64,000 bases of DNA from Candidatus Limnocylindria bacterium (GTDB taxonomy: Bacteria; Chloroflexota; Limnocylindria; P2-11E). The DNA lies in the NCBI GenBank assembly GCA_036523395.1, contig DATDEH010000083.1, positions 53,686 to 117,685 of the forward strand. Reading direction: 5' to 3'. The position numbers and the translations under genes are program-made. Below, piece after piece: positions 19,140-29,500 of this stretch (the stretch's first letter is position 1; every line of letters begins with the position of its first letter). A model generated the notes under the pieces. That model was not told the origin of the DNA, made no database searches, and was given only the letters and a program-made list of their open reading frames with translations.

Positions 19140-21710
19140 ATGAGCGACGAGGGGCGCAGCTTCCGTCTGGCCAAGGACGTCATGCCGAGCGCCTATGCGC
19201 TCCGGTTCGAGCTCGAGTTCGACCGCTGGACCTCGACCGGCCACGAGCAGATCACGCTCCGCACATCAAAGCCCACGCGCGAGATCGTGCTTCACGCGCT
19301 GGAGCTGGACATCCGGAAAGCGACGCTCGACGGTGATGCTGCGCAGGCGACCAACTACGACACGGAGGCCGAGACCGCCACGCTGCGGTTCAGACGAGAG
19401 ATCCCCGCCGGCGAGCACACGCTCGAGATCTCGTGGACAGGCAGCATCCGCGAATCGCTGCGCGGCCTGTACCGCTCGCTGCGCGGCGAAGAGCGCTACG
19501 CGGCGACTCAGTTCGAGGCCGCTGACGCGCGCCGAGCGTTCCCGTGCTTTGACGAGCCCGAGTTCAAGGCCCGTTTCAGCGTCGAATTGATCCATCCCGC
19601 CGGGAACGCTGCCATCGCGAACATGCCCGTTGTATCCCAAGAACAGCTGGACGAGCACCGCACGCGGAGCACCTTCCGCGAGACGCCGAAGATCTCCACC
19701 TACCTCGTCGCGTTCACGGTCGGCCCCTACGAGTTCACCGAGGTCGCGACGACCCCGTCGGGGATCCCCGTCCGCGTCTGCCTGCCACCGGGGCTCGCGG
19801 CGCAGGGCACGTACGCGCGCGACGCGCACGTGCGTTCCGTCGAGTGGCTTCAGGGGTACACGGCGCTCCCCTACCCGTATTACAAGGTCGACGCGATCGG
19901 GATCCCGGACTTCGAGGCCGGCGCGATGGAGAACCCGGGCGCGATCACGTATCGCACGCGGCTCCTCGCCGCGGACGAGCGCAACGCTTCGATCCAGACC
20001 CTGAAGGGCGTGTTCAGCACCGCCGCGCACGAGCTCACCCACATGTGGTGGGGCGACCTCGTGACGATGCGGTGGTGGACGGATCTCTGGCTCAATGAAT
20101 CGTTCGCGTCGTTCGTAGGCGAGAAGGCCACCGCCGCGCTCAATCCGGAGTGGCGCTACTGGCGCGACTTCGTCGCCGACAACACGAGCGCGTTCAACCT
20201 CGATGCGCTTGCCTCGACGCACCCGATCTCGGTCGAGGCGAAGAGTGCCGAGGAGGCGTCGCAGCGCTTCGACGCGATCTCGTACACGAAAGGCGCGGCG
20301 GTGCTCCGTATGATCGAGGGGTACCTCGGCGAGGGCGCGTTCCGCGAAGGCGTTCGCATCTACCTGAAGCGGCACGCGGAGGCGAACGCGTCGGCGGACG
20401 ACTTCTGGCACGCGCTGGACGAATCGTCGGGCCAGGACGTGACCGCCATCGCGAACGCGTGGATCAAGGAGTCGGGGCACCCGCTGCTGGACATCCGCGC
20501 GCGCGACGCCGACGGCGGGCTCGAGCTTGACCTTTCGCAGACTCGCTACTTCTCCGACTCGAACGCCACGGCGACAAAGCAGCGCTGGCCGATACCGCTC
20601 GTGATCAAGTACGGCACCGCCGATGGTGTACGCGAGCACCGCTCAGTGTTGAGGTCAGAGCGCGGGACCATCCAGCTTCCCGGCGCGAAGTGGTTCTTCC
20701 CGAACGCGGGCGGCCGGGGCTTCTATCGCTTCCGTTTCGCCAGCGGATTCGAGGGTGACCGTCTCGATGCCGGCATCGAGCATCTGGCCGCCGAGGAACG
20801 GCTCTCGCTCGTCGACGATCTCTGGGCGATCGCACGTCACGGGAAGGCCACGCTCGCGATGTTCCTAACGCGACTCGAAACGCTGCGCGGTGAACAAGAC
20901 CGCGCGGTGCTCGCCGCCATCGGCGACTCGATGTCGTGGCTCGGCAACTACGCGGTGCGCGACGCGACGGAGCGTCCGTTCGCACGTCTCGTCGACGATC
21001 TCTACCGCCCGATCCTCGAAGCTGCGGGCTGGACGGCCCGCGACGGCGACGACACCGACACACGTGAGAAGCGCACGCGCGCGATCGGCATGCTCGGCTT
21101 CCATGCTCGCGCAAAGGACATTCGCGACGAGGCGCAGCGCCGCGTGCGCGACCACCTCGAGGGTCGTGAGCGGCTCAACCCCGACGTCGCCGGGACGATC
21201 GTCGCCGTTGCCGCGACCGTCGGCGACAACGCGCTCTGGGACCGCTACGTCGCGCGCATGCAGCAGGCGCAAGCCACCGATACGCAGGAGGAGGCGCGTT
21301 TCCGCCAGGGGCTCATCTCCTTCGAAGAGCCCGAGCTCGCGCAGCGCACCGCCGAGGCGATCTTCTCGCCGCTCATCCGCGTGCAGGACCGCGGGCTCAT
21401 GCTCATCCCGATGATGCAGTCCCGTCGCACGCGTCTCGCGGCCTGGGAGGCCGTAAAGACGCACTGGGACGGCGACGTCGCCGGAACGGACATGGCGCCG
21501 CTGCTCAAGCAGGGCTACGTGACCGCGATCAGCCAGCTCACCCAGCGCGGCCTGGCCGATGAGGCGGCCGCGTTCCTCGAGGCGAAGCGCACGCCGGACA
21601 TCCAGGAGACGGTCGCGCAGAGCCTGGAGCGGCTCCGGATCAACACCGCGGCCGCGGAGCGCCTGGCGGCCGAGCTCGAGGACGCGCTGCGGGTGCCGAC
21701 CGCTCGCTAG
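19140..21710 (+). CDS. pepN: M1-family aminopeptidase N
   Basis: GAMEN exopeptidase motif and HELTHMWWGDLVTMRWWTDLWLNESFA (HExxH...E zinc site); start placed at Met 19140. Confidence 0.9.
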   Translation: MSDEGRSFRLAKDVMPSAYALRFELEFDRWTSTGHEQITLRTSKPTREIVLHALELDIRKATLDGDAAQATNYDTEAETATLRFRREIPAGEHTLEISWTGSIRESLRGLYRSLRGEERYAATQFEAADARRAFPCFDEPEFKARFSVELIHPAGNAAIANMPVVSQEQLDEHRTRSTFRETPKISTYLVAFTVGPYEFTEVATTPSGIPVRVCLPPGLAAQGTYARDAHVRSVEWLQGYTALPYPYYKVDAIGIPDFEAGAMENPGAITYRTRLLAADERNASIQTLKGVFSTAAHELTHMWWGDLVTMRWWTDLWLNESFASFVGEKATAALNPEWRYWRDFVADNTSAFNLDALASTHPISVEAKSAEEASQRFDAISYTKGAAVLRMIEGYLGEGAFREGVRIYLKRHAEANASADDFWHALDESSGQDVTAIANAWIKESGHPLLDIRARDADGGLELDLSQTRYFSDSNATATKQRWPIPLVIKYGTADGVREHRSVLRSERGTIQLPGAKWFFPNAGGRGFYRFRFASGFEGDRLDAGIEHLAAEERLSLVDDLWAIARHGKATLAMFLTRLETLRGEQDRAVLAAIGDSMSWLGNYAVRDATERPFARLVDDLYRPILEAAGWTARDGDDTDTREKRTRAIGMLGFHARAKDIRDEAQRRVRDHLEGRERLNPDVAGTIVAVAATVGDNALWDRYVARMQQAQATDTQEEARFRQGLISFEEPELAQRTAEAIFSPLIRVQDRGLMLIPMMQSRRTRLAAWEAVKTHWDGDVAGTDMAPLLKQGYVTAISQLTQRGLADEAAAFLEAKRTPDIQETVAQSLERLRINTAAAERLAAELEDALRVPTAR

Positions 21711-21711
21711 C

Positions 21712-22725
21712 TCAGCCGCCGATGAAGCTCATCTCGATCTTCTTGAGGCCGACGGTCTCCTCCGAGCGGAGCTCGGAATACCGGTCGTCGCGCGCGGTCC
21801 AGATCGCGGAGATCGAGTCGGCCATCTGAACATCCGTCGCGTCGCTGCGCACCAGGCCGCGAAGATCGTGGCCCTGTGTCGCGAAGAGGCATGTGTAAAG
21901 CGAGCCGTCGGCTGACAGACGGGCGCGTGTGCAGTCGGCGCAGAACGCCTGCGTCACCGAAGCGATGACGCCGATCTCGCCGCTGCCATCACGGTAGCGC
22001 CAGCGCTCGGCGACCTCGCCCTGGTAGTTCTTCTCGACCGGCTCGAGTGGCAGCTCGCGATCGATCGTCGCGACGATCTCGCGCGCCGACACGACATCGT
22101 TCAGCCGCCACCCGTTCGACGAGCCGACATCCATGTATTCGATGAAGCGGAGGATCCGACCGGTGCCGCGGAAGTGACGCGCCATCGGCAGGATGCTGTC
22201 GTCGTTGAGGCCGCGCTTCACGACCATGTTCACCTTCAGCGGTGCGAGACCGGCCGCCTCAGCCGCGTCCATGCCCTCGAGCACTTTCGCGACGGGGAAG
22301 TCCACGTCGTTCATGCGCTTGAACACCTCGTCGTCGAGCGAATCGAGGCTCACCGTCACGCGCTTCAGCCCCGCGTCGCGCAGCGCGCGCGCCTTTGAGG
22401 CGAGGAGCGAGCCGTTCGTCGTGAGGGTCAGGTCGAGGTCACTGACTTTCGCGAGCATCTCCACCAGTCGCTCGATGTTGCGCCGGACGAGCGGCTCGCC
22501 ACCCGTGAGCCGCACCTTGCGCACGCCCAAGCCGACGAAGACGCGCACGAGTCGCTCGATCTCTTCGAACGACAGGATCTCGGCACGCGGGAGGAACTGG
22601 AAGTCCTTGCCGAAGACCTCCTTCGGCATGCAGTACACGCAGCGGAAGTTGCACCGGTCGGTAACGCTGACGCGCAGGTCGTGCAGCGGACGGGCGAATA
22701 CGTCGGTTGGCAGCATCACCCACAA
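21712..22725 (-). CDS. moaA: GTP 3',8-cyclase MoaA (molybdenum cofactor biosynthesis)
   Basis: Radical-SAM CNFRCVYC cluster motif, a C-terminal second 4Fe-4S Cys triad ([18 protein letters not shown]) and GG tail. Confidence 0.9.
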   Translation of the reverse strand: MWVMLPTDVFARPLHDLRVSVTDRCNFRCVYCMPKEVFGKDFQFLPRAEILSFEEIERLVRVFVGLGVRKVRLTGGEPLVRRNIERLVEMLAKVSDLDLTLTTNGSLLASKARALRDAGLKRVTVSLDSLDDEVFKRMNDVDFPVAKVLEGMDAAEAAGLAPLKVNMVVKRGLNDDSILPMARHFRGTGRILRFIEYMDVGSSNGWRLNDVVSAREIVATIDRELPLEPVEKNYQGEVAERWRYRDGSGEIGVIASVTQAFCADCTRARLSADGSLYTCLFATQGHDLRGLVRSDATDVQMADSISAIWTARDDRYSELRSEETVGLKKIEMSFIGG

Positions 22726-22787
22726 GTATCGACTAGTCCTGGCCCAGCCCGAACAGTCGAAGGGCCGACGACGTTCATACTGTCGGA

Positions 22788-23096
22788 GTGGTGCGGCGAC
22801 TCGTAACGTTCATCTTCGTGGGCTCGATGGTCGGCTGCGGAGCCACAGGCGCTCCGGCTGGGACGCCCGTTCCTGACGGCGGACAACACGGTGCCGAGCC
22901 GCGACTCGCCTCCGACCCTCCTCTGGCTCACCCGCCGAGTTCGGCAACCCCGGCGAAGCCAGCCCCCCCGGACCCCGCAATGCCAGCGGTGCCCACCAGC
23001 CCGGCCGGCGCGGCGACCCCCCCGAAGACAGATCCCTTGCGCGATGCCCCCACTTCGACTGGTCAAGGCATCAACGAGCGCACGGCACCGGAGTGA
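22788..23096 (+). CDS. putative small Pro-rich lipoprotein
   Basis: Signal peptide with lipobox FVGSMVGC, then a Pro/Ala-rich low-complexity region; weak call. Confidence 0.3.
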   Translation: MVRRLVTFIFVGSMVGCGATGAPAGTPVPDGGQHGAEPRLASDPPLAHPPSSATPAKPAPPDPAMPAVPTSPAGAATPPKTDPLRDAPTSTGQGINERTAPE

Positions 23097-23155
23097 AATG
23101 AACGAGGGCCCCGACCATGCGGTCGGGGCCCTCGCCGATTGCATGTCTCCAGACG

Positions 23156-26100
23156 TTATGGCGTGATGTCGCGGAACTCGACGCGGGCCGACCCGATGAT
23201 CGCGCCAGTTACGCTCCCGATGCGGACGTTGACGCTGCCGCGGAGGAAGCGCCCCGCGCCAGGGTTGGATGCGGCTGTGCCGCTGGCGGTGACGCTGAAC
23301 GTGCCACCGGCAGGACGGTTCGCGAAGCCGCTGCCGGCCGTGATCGTGACCCCGCCGTAGATGGCGTTCGTGAAGGTGTCGGTGTAGCCAAACGTCGTCG
23401 TGCCGAGGGGTACGTCAAACCCGTCGACGAGCGCGACCCATGTACCGGCCGCGGGATCGGCGATGGTGACGCTCTCGGCGAACGCCCCGGTGGCGCTCTG
23501 GCCCATCGGTGTGCACACGCGTGGACGCGTCGGAGCTGTGCACCGGAATACATACAGATCGAGGTCCGCTGAAGGATCGCTGCTGACCAGCTGCATGATC
23601 GCGACAGTTAGCGCGGTCGTAGCCGCGGGAACTTCGAACTCGTATTGCTGCAGTGTCCCATGCGCGATCGTCGGTTCGATGGCGCGCGTGCTCGCGAAAG
23701 TCGAGCCCGTCGTGCCGAGAGTGCCCGCAGCGAACTCGTTCGTGATCGTGAACCCTTGGGTGGCCGCCACGCCGACCGTGGTCGGCGTCTTCGTCCACGA
23801 TGCGGGCGCGAAGCTCGCCCTGTACGCCGTCGCAGTGACAGTGAAGGTCGAGTTCGGGACCGCGGCGGCACGCGAGGCCCGGAGTGCGATCTCCCAGACG
23901 CCAGCGCGTGGGTTGGTGACGGTTGATGTGCGCGTAGCGCTACCGGTCGGTCCGAAGAATCCGGCGCCGCAGGGCGTCGCTCCCGTCGTCGCCAGCGGGA
24001 TGCCACGTGGGTCGACGCACGTGACCGCGATGCGTCCGCCGTTCGTGCGGGTCACGGTGAACTGGACGGCTGTGGTGCCGCTCGGAACGTTGAAGAAGAT
24101 CTTCGGCTCATTCGTCTCAAATCGTGCCGCGCTGCCGGAGATCGTTTGCGTGTAACCCGTCGTAGCGGAGAGCGGATTGTGGACAACGACGGTGTTGAGG
24201 ATCTGATAGTCGATGCCCACCGTGGTCGGGTCATCGAGCCGCAAGAGAGCGCTGTACACCCCGGCCGCCGCCTGTGCATTGAAGGTCACCACAAGCGTCG
24301 CGGGCACACCGTTCCTTAGCGTGATTGTCGCCGCCCCTGCCGTGAATGCGGATGAATCTCCGAGGAAGCTGACGTTGTACGTTCCCTGGCCGCCGCTCGT
24401 CCGCGTGAAGGCGTAGGTGAGGGTCTTCGATTGGCCGGTGGTGATGCCTTCACGCTCATGGATGCCCGTGCCCATGCCGGGCGTGGCGAGGAAGGGACTA
24501 AGTACCGTGTGCGTGGGGACGGCCGACGTGATCTCGACCGTCTTGATGCCGTTCTCCGACTCGCCATCGGAGGATGACAGCAGGTCCCACGCCGCGCCCA
24601 CGCGGAAGAGGCCCGGTCCCTGCTCGTGGGCCTGGTAGCCGCTAATGAAGCGGGCAGAGGACATGATCGCTTGGCGGAGCTGCGCGGGCTTGTGCGAGAC
24701 GTCGCGCTGCTTCGCCGCGGAGAGCAGCAGCGCCGCGCCACCGGTCGCCTCGGGCGCCGCCATCGACGTGCCGTTGAACATCGCGTAGCCGTAAGAGCAG
24801 GTGTACGCCACACACTGTCCGGCCTGCGACTGCCACTGCGGAATGCTGGACACCGCTGAACCGGGCGTGACGATCTGCGGCTTCGTGAAGCCGTCCTCGC
24901 GCGGGCCGCGCGACGAGAAGTCGTGCAGCGCCTCGGCGCTCGGCACGTCGTTGCCGTAGTTCGCGAGCACAGTCTCCTTGGTCCAGTAGGCCCCGACGCT
25001 CATGACCTTCGTTGCGACCGAAGGGTCACCGACGGTGTTGATACCGGGACCGCTGTTGCCGGCCGAGATGAACATCTGGACGCCATATTTCTGGATCAGG
25101 TCGTTGTAGATGATGGCGCGCGGATTGTTGCCGTCATTGAGCGCGGGCAGTCCGCCGATACTCATGTTGACGACGTCGACCTTTGCGACCTTGACGGCGT
25201 AGATCATGCCCTCGATGAGCGCGTGAGCCGTGCAGCCCGAGACGAACAGGCAGACGCGCACCGAGACGATCTTCGCGCCGGGGGCTGCGCCGTCGTAGGC
25301 ACCGCCGAAGAACCCGTTACCCGCCGCGATGCCGGCGACATGCGTGCCGTGCGCGCCGGAGACGATGCCGATGTTGATCGCGTTGAATGCGCGCTCGATC
25401 TGCACCACGAACGGCACCGATTCGCGGATCGGTGTCGCCGGGTTGTCTCTGCCGAAGGAGCCGACGTCGAACGACTCGTCGTTGCTGTTGCCCGAGTTGG
25501 AAGACTGTCCCTGATCGCCGCTGAAGTTGTGGTCGGCGTTCTGCCGGCCGTATGGACGCATCGGCGTCTCATCGGCGAAGCTTCCGTCACCGTTGCTGTC
25601 GACGATGACCGAGTCGCCGCGGTCGTCCCAGAGGACGGCGAAGCTGTCGCCGCAGACACCGTTGCGGTTGAGATCCGAACCGCATCCGATGTCGTACTCG
25701 CTGCCGTCGCCAAGGCTCGCCTCATTGAACTCGGCGAACCGGTAGTGGCCGGGAGCAGCACCGGTATACGTGCGACCGCCGACCGTGAAGCTTCCACTGG
25801 CTGGTACGTCGATGACCGTATTCATGATCAGCCAGGTCGGGTCGCCGTCGTCGGTGGGATGCGTGTACGTCACCCAGTCAACGATCTTGCGCTCGCCGGT
25901 GGTCGTGGTCTTGAGGGCCGGGTGGACGAGATCGATCCCCGTGTCGAGGATGCCGATCGTGACCCCGCGCCCGTCGAACTTCGGGTGCGCAGCGACGAAC
26001 TGCGGTGCGCCGATGTCGCGTGTGGGCATGTAGGCGTTCTGCTTCGGCGTCGTTGGCCCCGGTGGGTCGACTAGCGTGGCGCTGTCCTCGGCCTCAGGGC

Positions 26101-26518
26101 GGGGAGCCGGGAGCGGAATGAGCGAATCGACCTCGGCGCCACGTACACCCTTCAGCTGTGTGGCGCGGTCGACGTTGACCGTCGGCACCGAAACACGGAC
26201 GTAGCCGAGTGCTTTGTCGTGGTACTTGATGGTGCCGCCCAGGCCTTGCAAAGCCATGACGACAGCTGGCGATGCGAGGTCATCGGTCGCGATTAGCAGT
26301 GTGACGTTCGGCGCGCCGTCGACCGTCGCCTGCGCGACACGCTCGCGGCTGGCCTTATCCAGAGTCGAGCGTCGGTCGCCATCGTCGGCGAGTGCCGGGG
26401 ATGGTGACGCGAAAGCGAATAACTGCAGCACGAGGCAAGCGATGACTAACGCAACGGACGCGCGCGATTCAGGACGAAGACTCAACACGGAACGCCCTCC
26501 CTCAACCTCTACACCCAA
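23156..26518 (-). CDS. large secreted S8 subtilisin-family serine peptidase with extended C-terminal beta-rich domains
   Basis: Catalytic triad motifs DTGID, HGTHVAG and GTSMAAPE; signal peptide ASVALVIACLVLQLFAFASPSPALA (GTG start at 26488 is possible); long Thr/Gly/Ala-rich C-terminal region. Confidence 0.85.
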   Translation of the reverse strand: MGVEVEGGRSVLSLRPESRASVALVIACLVLQLFAFASPSPALADDGDRRSTLDKASRERVAQATVDGAPNVTLLIATDDLASPAVVMALQGLGGTIKYHDKALGYVRVSVPTVNVDRATQLKGVRGAEVDSLIPLPAPRPEAEDSATLVDPPGPTTPKQNAYMPTRDIGAPQFVAAHPKFDGRGVTIGILDTGIDLVHPALKTTTTGERKIVDWVTYTHPTDDGDPTWLIMNTVIDVPASGSFTVGGRTYTGAAPGHYRFAEFNEASLGDGSEYDIGCGSDLNRNGVCGDSFAVLWDDRGDSVIVDSNGDGSFADETPMRPYGRQNADHNFSGDQGQSSNSGNSNDESFDVGSFGRDNPATPIRESVPFVVQIERAFNAINIGIVSGAHGTHVAGIAAGNGFFGGAYDGAAPGAKIVSVRVCLFVSGCTAHALIEGMIYAVKVAKVDVVNMSIGGLPALNDGNNPRAIIYNDLIQKYGVQMFISAGNSGPGINTVGDPSVATKVMSVGAYWTKETVLANYGNDVPSAEALHDFSSRGPREDGFTKPQIVTPGSAVSSIPQWQSQAGQCVAYTCSYGYAMFNGTSMAAPEATGGAALLLSAAKQRDVSHKPAQLRQAIMSSARFISGYQAHEQGPGLFRVGAAWDLLSSSDGESENGIKTVEITSAVPTHTVLSPFLATPGMGTGIHEREGITTGQSKTLTYAFTRTSGGQGTYNVSFLGDSSAFTAGAATITLRNGVPATLVVTFNAQAAAGVYSALLRLDDPTTVGIDYQILNTVVVHNPLSATTGYTQTISGSAARFETNEPKIFFNVPSGTTAVQFTVTRTNGGRIAVTCVDPRGIPLATTGATPCGAGFFGPTGSATRTSTVTNPRAGVWEIALRASRAAAVPNSTFTVTATAYRASFAPASWTKTPTTVGVAATQGFTITNEFAAGTLGTTGSTFASTRAIEPTIAHGTLQQYEFEVPAATTALTVAIMQLVSSDPSADLDLYVFRCTAPTRPRVCTPMGQSATGAFAESVTIADPAAGTWVALVDGFDVPLGTTTFGYTDTFTNAIYGGVTITAGSGFANRPAGGTFSVTASGTAASNPGAGRFLRGSVNVRIGSVTGAIIGSARVEFRDITP

Positions 26519-26617
26519 GTACGGACAGCGAGGGAGTGTGGAGCATGGCGTCCGGTACGTAAAGGGACGACCCGGGCCAGGTAAGTTCGTTACACGCGTG
26601 CGACCCGGCTATTCCGA

Positions 26618-26875
26618 CTAAACGTCTCTCGCCGCGGCGCGGACAGCGTCGCCTATCAGGCCTCGTTCAGGAAATCCACCGTCGCGCCCCATCGAGTGGA
26701 CGAGTTGGCCGTCGACTGAAACGTCGAACGTGCCCGACTCCCACGGGATGAGCTCGATCGCCGAGAGCTGCGCGCCGAATTCGTACATGAGCGCCTTCGT
26801 GAGCTCGAGAGCCTGTGGCTCGTACCCGCATTCGGCGCAGTAGGTGATCTTGACCCTGACCGGTCGCCCGGTCAC
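26618..26875 (-). CDS. SelW/Rdx-family redox protein (Cys form)
   Basis: VKITYCAECGY CxxC motif at the N-terminus of an about 85-aa protein, typical of the Rdx/SelW fold. Confidence 0.7.
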   Translation of the reverse strand: MTGRPVRVKITYCAECGYEPQALELTKALMYEFGAQLSAIELIPWESGTFDVSVDGQLVHSMGRDGGFPERGLIGDAVRAAARDV

Positions 26876-27498
26876 ACCGCCACCGCGCTGACGAGCTCCC
26901 GCAACTCGCGCTGCACTTCGGCGTTCGCGAACGGGACGGTCTCCTCACGCATCGTCTGGAGCTCGGCCTGGAGCCGCGCGCGGACCTCCTCGGGCAGCTG
27001 GTCGACCGGAGCGTCAGGGGAGCCGAATTCCGGGTGCGCCTCGAAGATGCGTTTTCGCTCCTTGGCGCGACGCTCGGTCACCGACGCCGGGCGCTCGATC
27101 CAGTGGCCGAGCTCGCGGAAGTCCTGGTCGAAGAACACGAAGACCGGGATCGACTGGTACTTCCCTTGGTTGAGCCAGCGCTCCATCAGGTCGAGGTTCT
27201 GGTCGCGGTAGAAGACGCGTACGTCGAGCGTCGAGACCTCTTTCGCCAGCCGGCCCAGGACCGGGAGGTTGGCCACGACGTCACCGCACCAATCCTCCGC
27301 GAGGACGAGGACACGAAGCTTCCGTGGGAGGGCTGTGAAGACGTGCAGCGTCTCGGGGTCGAGCGTGACGCGGTCTTCGTTCTGAGCGAACCGCTCCTGG
27401 TTGCGCGTCATCGCCGCCTTGAACGCGTCGTACGTGATGCCGTGATCCCAGCGCGCTCTGTCGAGTGCCATCTCGCCCTCCGTGAGCAATGTATCCAT
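26872..27498 (-). CDS. thioredoxin-fold protein (single-Cys WCGD motif)
   Basis: LVLAEDWCGDVVANLP thioredoxin-like active-site region with only one Cys; stop overlaps the SelW-like gene start by 4 nt. Confidence 0.5.
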   Translation of the reverse strand: MDTLLTEGEMALDRARWDHGITYDAFKAAMTRNQERFAQNEDRVTLDPETLHVFTALPRKLRVLVLAEDWCGDVVANLPVLGRLAKEVSTLDVRVFYRDQNLDLMERWLNQGKYQSIPVFVFFDQDFRELGHWIERPASVTERRAKERKRIFEAHPEFGSPDAPVDQLPEEVRARLQAELQTMREETVPFANAEVQRELRELVSAVAV

Positions 27499-27654
27499 CT
27501 TGACGTAACACGCACCGCCGGCGGCGTGTTCCCTCGCCTAAACTCGCTGCATGTCCACGATCACCGATCCGTCGGTCACGCTGCGCCGCGGCGACCTTGC
27601 CTTCCGCCCGGCGACGCTGGATGACGCCGCCTTCGCGGCCACGTCGCGACCCTC

Positions 27655-28548
27655 ATGCGGCCCGACGAACCGGAGGATCCGGCGTCGTGGCGTCACTGGT
27701 GGGTGAGCGAGGACCCAGCCTGGACACACGAGCGCTTCATCGTCCTTCGCGACAGCGTGCCGATCGGCTACGCGCGGCACAACCACGCGCCCTGGGATCA
27801 GATGAATAAACGCTACGGACGCGTTGGCTTCGAGCTGCTGCCATCGGAACGCACCGATGCTCAGCTGGCGACCGTGTTCGACTTCATCGAGGACCGCGCC
27901 CACTCATCTGGGACCGCGATCTTCGCGGCGTACGCCCGCGAGGACGACGAGCCTCTAAAGAACTGGCTCGTTGACCGCGGGTACCGTCAGAAACGCAGCA
28001 GCAAGGCCTGGGAGCTGGACCTGATCGCGCAGCGTCGCGCGCTCGAAGCTTTAGCCGCCGAAAGCCGCGCGAAGATGCGCGCCGCGGGCATCACCATCCA
28101 GACCATCGATCGCGAGGGCGATCCCGAGAAGCTCCACAAGATCCACGAGATGAGCGAAGAGGCCGCGTCGGACGTCCCGACGACCATTCCCCATGTGCGT
28201 CAGCCCTTCGAGGTCTTCGTGCGCTGGTTCGATGCGCCGACGGTCCGACTAGATCGCATGTGGATCGCGCGCGAAGGTGACGACATCGTCGGCATCTCTG
28301 TGCTCTCGTACCCGCCGACGCGCGGCAACGTGTGGACCGACTGGACCGGCACGGCGCGCAAGGTCCGCGGCCGTGGCGTCGCGCGCGCGCTCAAGCTCGA
28401 AACCGTGCTGCAGGCGATCGCGCTCGGCGTGAAGAGCGTTCGCACCGAGAACGACGGCGAGAACGCGCCGATCCTTCACTTGAACGAGCAGATGGGCTAC
28501 GTCCGGATCCCCGGCTGGATCCAGTTCTTGAAGGGCGCGAAGCCCTAG
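27655..28548 (+). CDS. GNAT-family N-acetyltransferase (two-domain), possibly frameshifted at its 5' end
   Basis: Acetyl-CoA motif RGRGVARAL. An upstream ATG at 27551 opens a 51-codon frame (VTLRRGDLAFRPATLDDAAFAA) that looks like the missing GNAT N-terminus but is in a different frame from 27655. Confidence 0.6.
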   Translation: MRPDEPEDPASWRHWWVSEDPAWTHERFIVLRDSVPIGYARHNHAPWDQMNKRYGRVGFELLPSERTDAQLATVFDFIEDRAHSSGTAIFAAYAREDDEPLKNWLVDRGYRQKRSSKAWELDLIAQRRALEALAAESRAKMRAAGITIQTIDREGDPEKLHKIHEMSEEAASDVPTTIPHVRQPFEVFVRWFDAPTVRLDRMWIAREGDDIVGISVLSYPPTRGNVWTDWTGTARKVRGRGVARALKLETVLQAIALGVKSVRTENDGENAPILHLNEQMGYVRIPGWIQFLKGAKP

Positions 28549-29498
28549 CGCGCCTCCTCAGGCGTGATGCTGAGGACGACCTTCTCGCCGCGGCGCACCG
28601 TGGTGATGAGAGTCGCAGCGCCGATACGGTCCCCGCCCAACACGCGCTGCAGATCGGACAACGTTGGAAGCGCTGAACCGTCGAGCGCGACGAGAATGTC
28701 GCCCTCGCGGATGCCCGCGCGTCGCGCCGGCGAGTTCGGCGTCACCTCGAGCACGCGGATGCCCGACTCCGCGCCGAGTCCAAGCGAAAGTGACAGCTGC
28801 CGGCCGATCGGCGTCGCCGCGCCAGAGATGCCGAGATAGGCGCGGCGGACACGTCCGTCACGGATGAGGGCGGTGGCCACGAGGCGTGCGGTGGCGGCCG
28901 GGATAGCGAATGCGATGCCCTGCGCCATGGCGTTGATCGCAGTATTCACGCCGACCACCTTGCCGTGCGTGTCGACCAGCGGGCCGCCCGAGTTGCCCGG
29001 GTTGAGCGCGGCGTCGGTCTGGATGACGTTCTCGATGATGCGGCCATCCTTCGCGCGCAGAGAACGTCCAAGCGCGCTCACCACACCCGTCGTCACGGTC
29101 GACTGCAGACCGAGCGGATCTCCGATCGCGATCACCAGCTGACCGACGCGGAGCGCGTCGGAGTCGCCTAGTTCGGCCGCGGGAAGAGAGGGACCGAGCA
29201 CGCGCACGAGGGCAAGATCGGTGGCCGCGTCGGCGCCGACGACCGGGGCGCGATAGGTCGCGCCTTCTGCGAACGCCACCTCGACCTCGACGGCACCCTC
29301 GACCACGTGCGCATTGGTGAGCACGTACCCATCCGGTGTGATCACCAGACCGCTGCCGCCGCCCTGGCCGCGCCGCACGTGCGCGACCGCCGGGGTCACG
29401 CGCTCCACGACGCGGATGACCGCCTGCGAGTAGGCGTCCAGCAGCGCGCTGGCTGGATCGGAGTCCGCGTTGGCCGGGCGCCGGATCTCGGTCGCCAT
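28545..29498 (-). CDS. HtrA/DegP-family trypsin-like serine protease with PDZ domain
   Basis: Catalytic motifs TNAHVV, DLALVRV and GNSGGPLV plus a C-terminal PDZ-like region; start placed at Met 29498. Confidence 0.85.
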   Translation of the reverse strand: MATEIRRPANADSDPASALLDAYSQAVIRVVERVTPAVAHVRRGQGGGSGLVITPDGYVLTNAHVVEGAVEVEVAFAEGATYRAPVVGADAATDLALVRVLGPSLPAAELGDSDALRVGQLVIAIGDPLGLQSTVTTGVVSALGRSLRAKDGRIIENVIQTDAALNPGNSGGPLVDTHGKVVGVNTAINAMAQGIAFAIPAATARLVATALIRDGRVRRAYLGISGAATPIGRQLSLSLGLGAESGIRVLEVTPNSPARRAGIREGDILVALDGSALPTLSDLQRVLGGDRIGAATLITTVRRGEKVVLSITPEEAR

Positions 29499-29500
29499 GC

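Noticed and set aside
19266-20639. 457-aa minus ORF inside pepN
   Set aside because: Antisense to the clear M1 aminopeptidase frame; R/V/L/E-rich artefact
22726-22790. Possible molybdenum-cofactor riboswitch upstream of moaA
   Set aside because: The intergenic space to the divergent gene is only about 60 nt, too short for the about 130-nt Moco RNA motif; no conserved elements were seen
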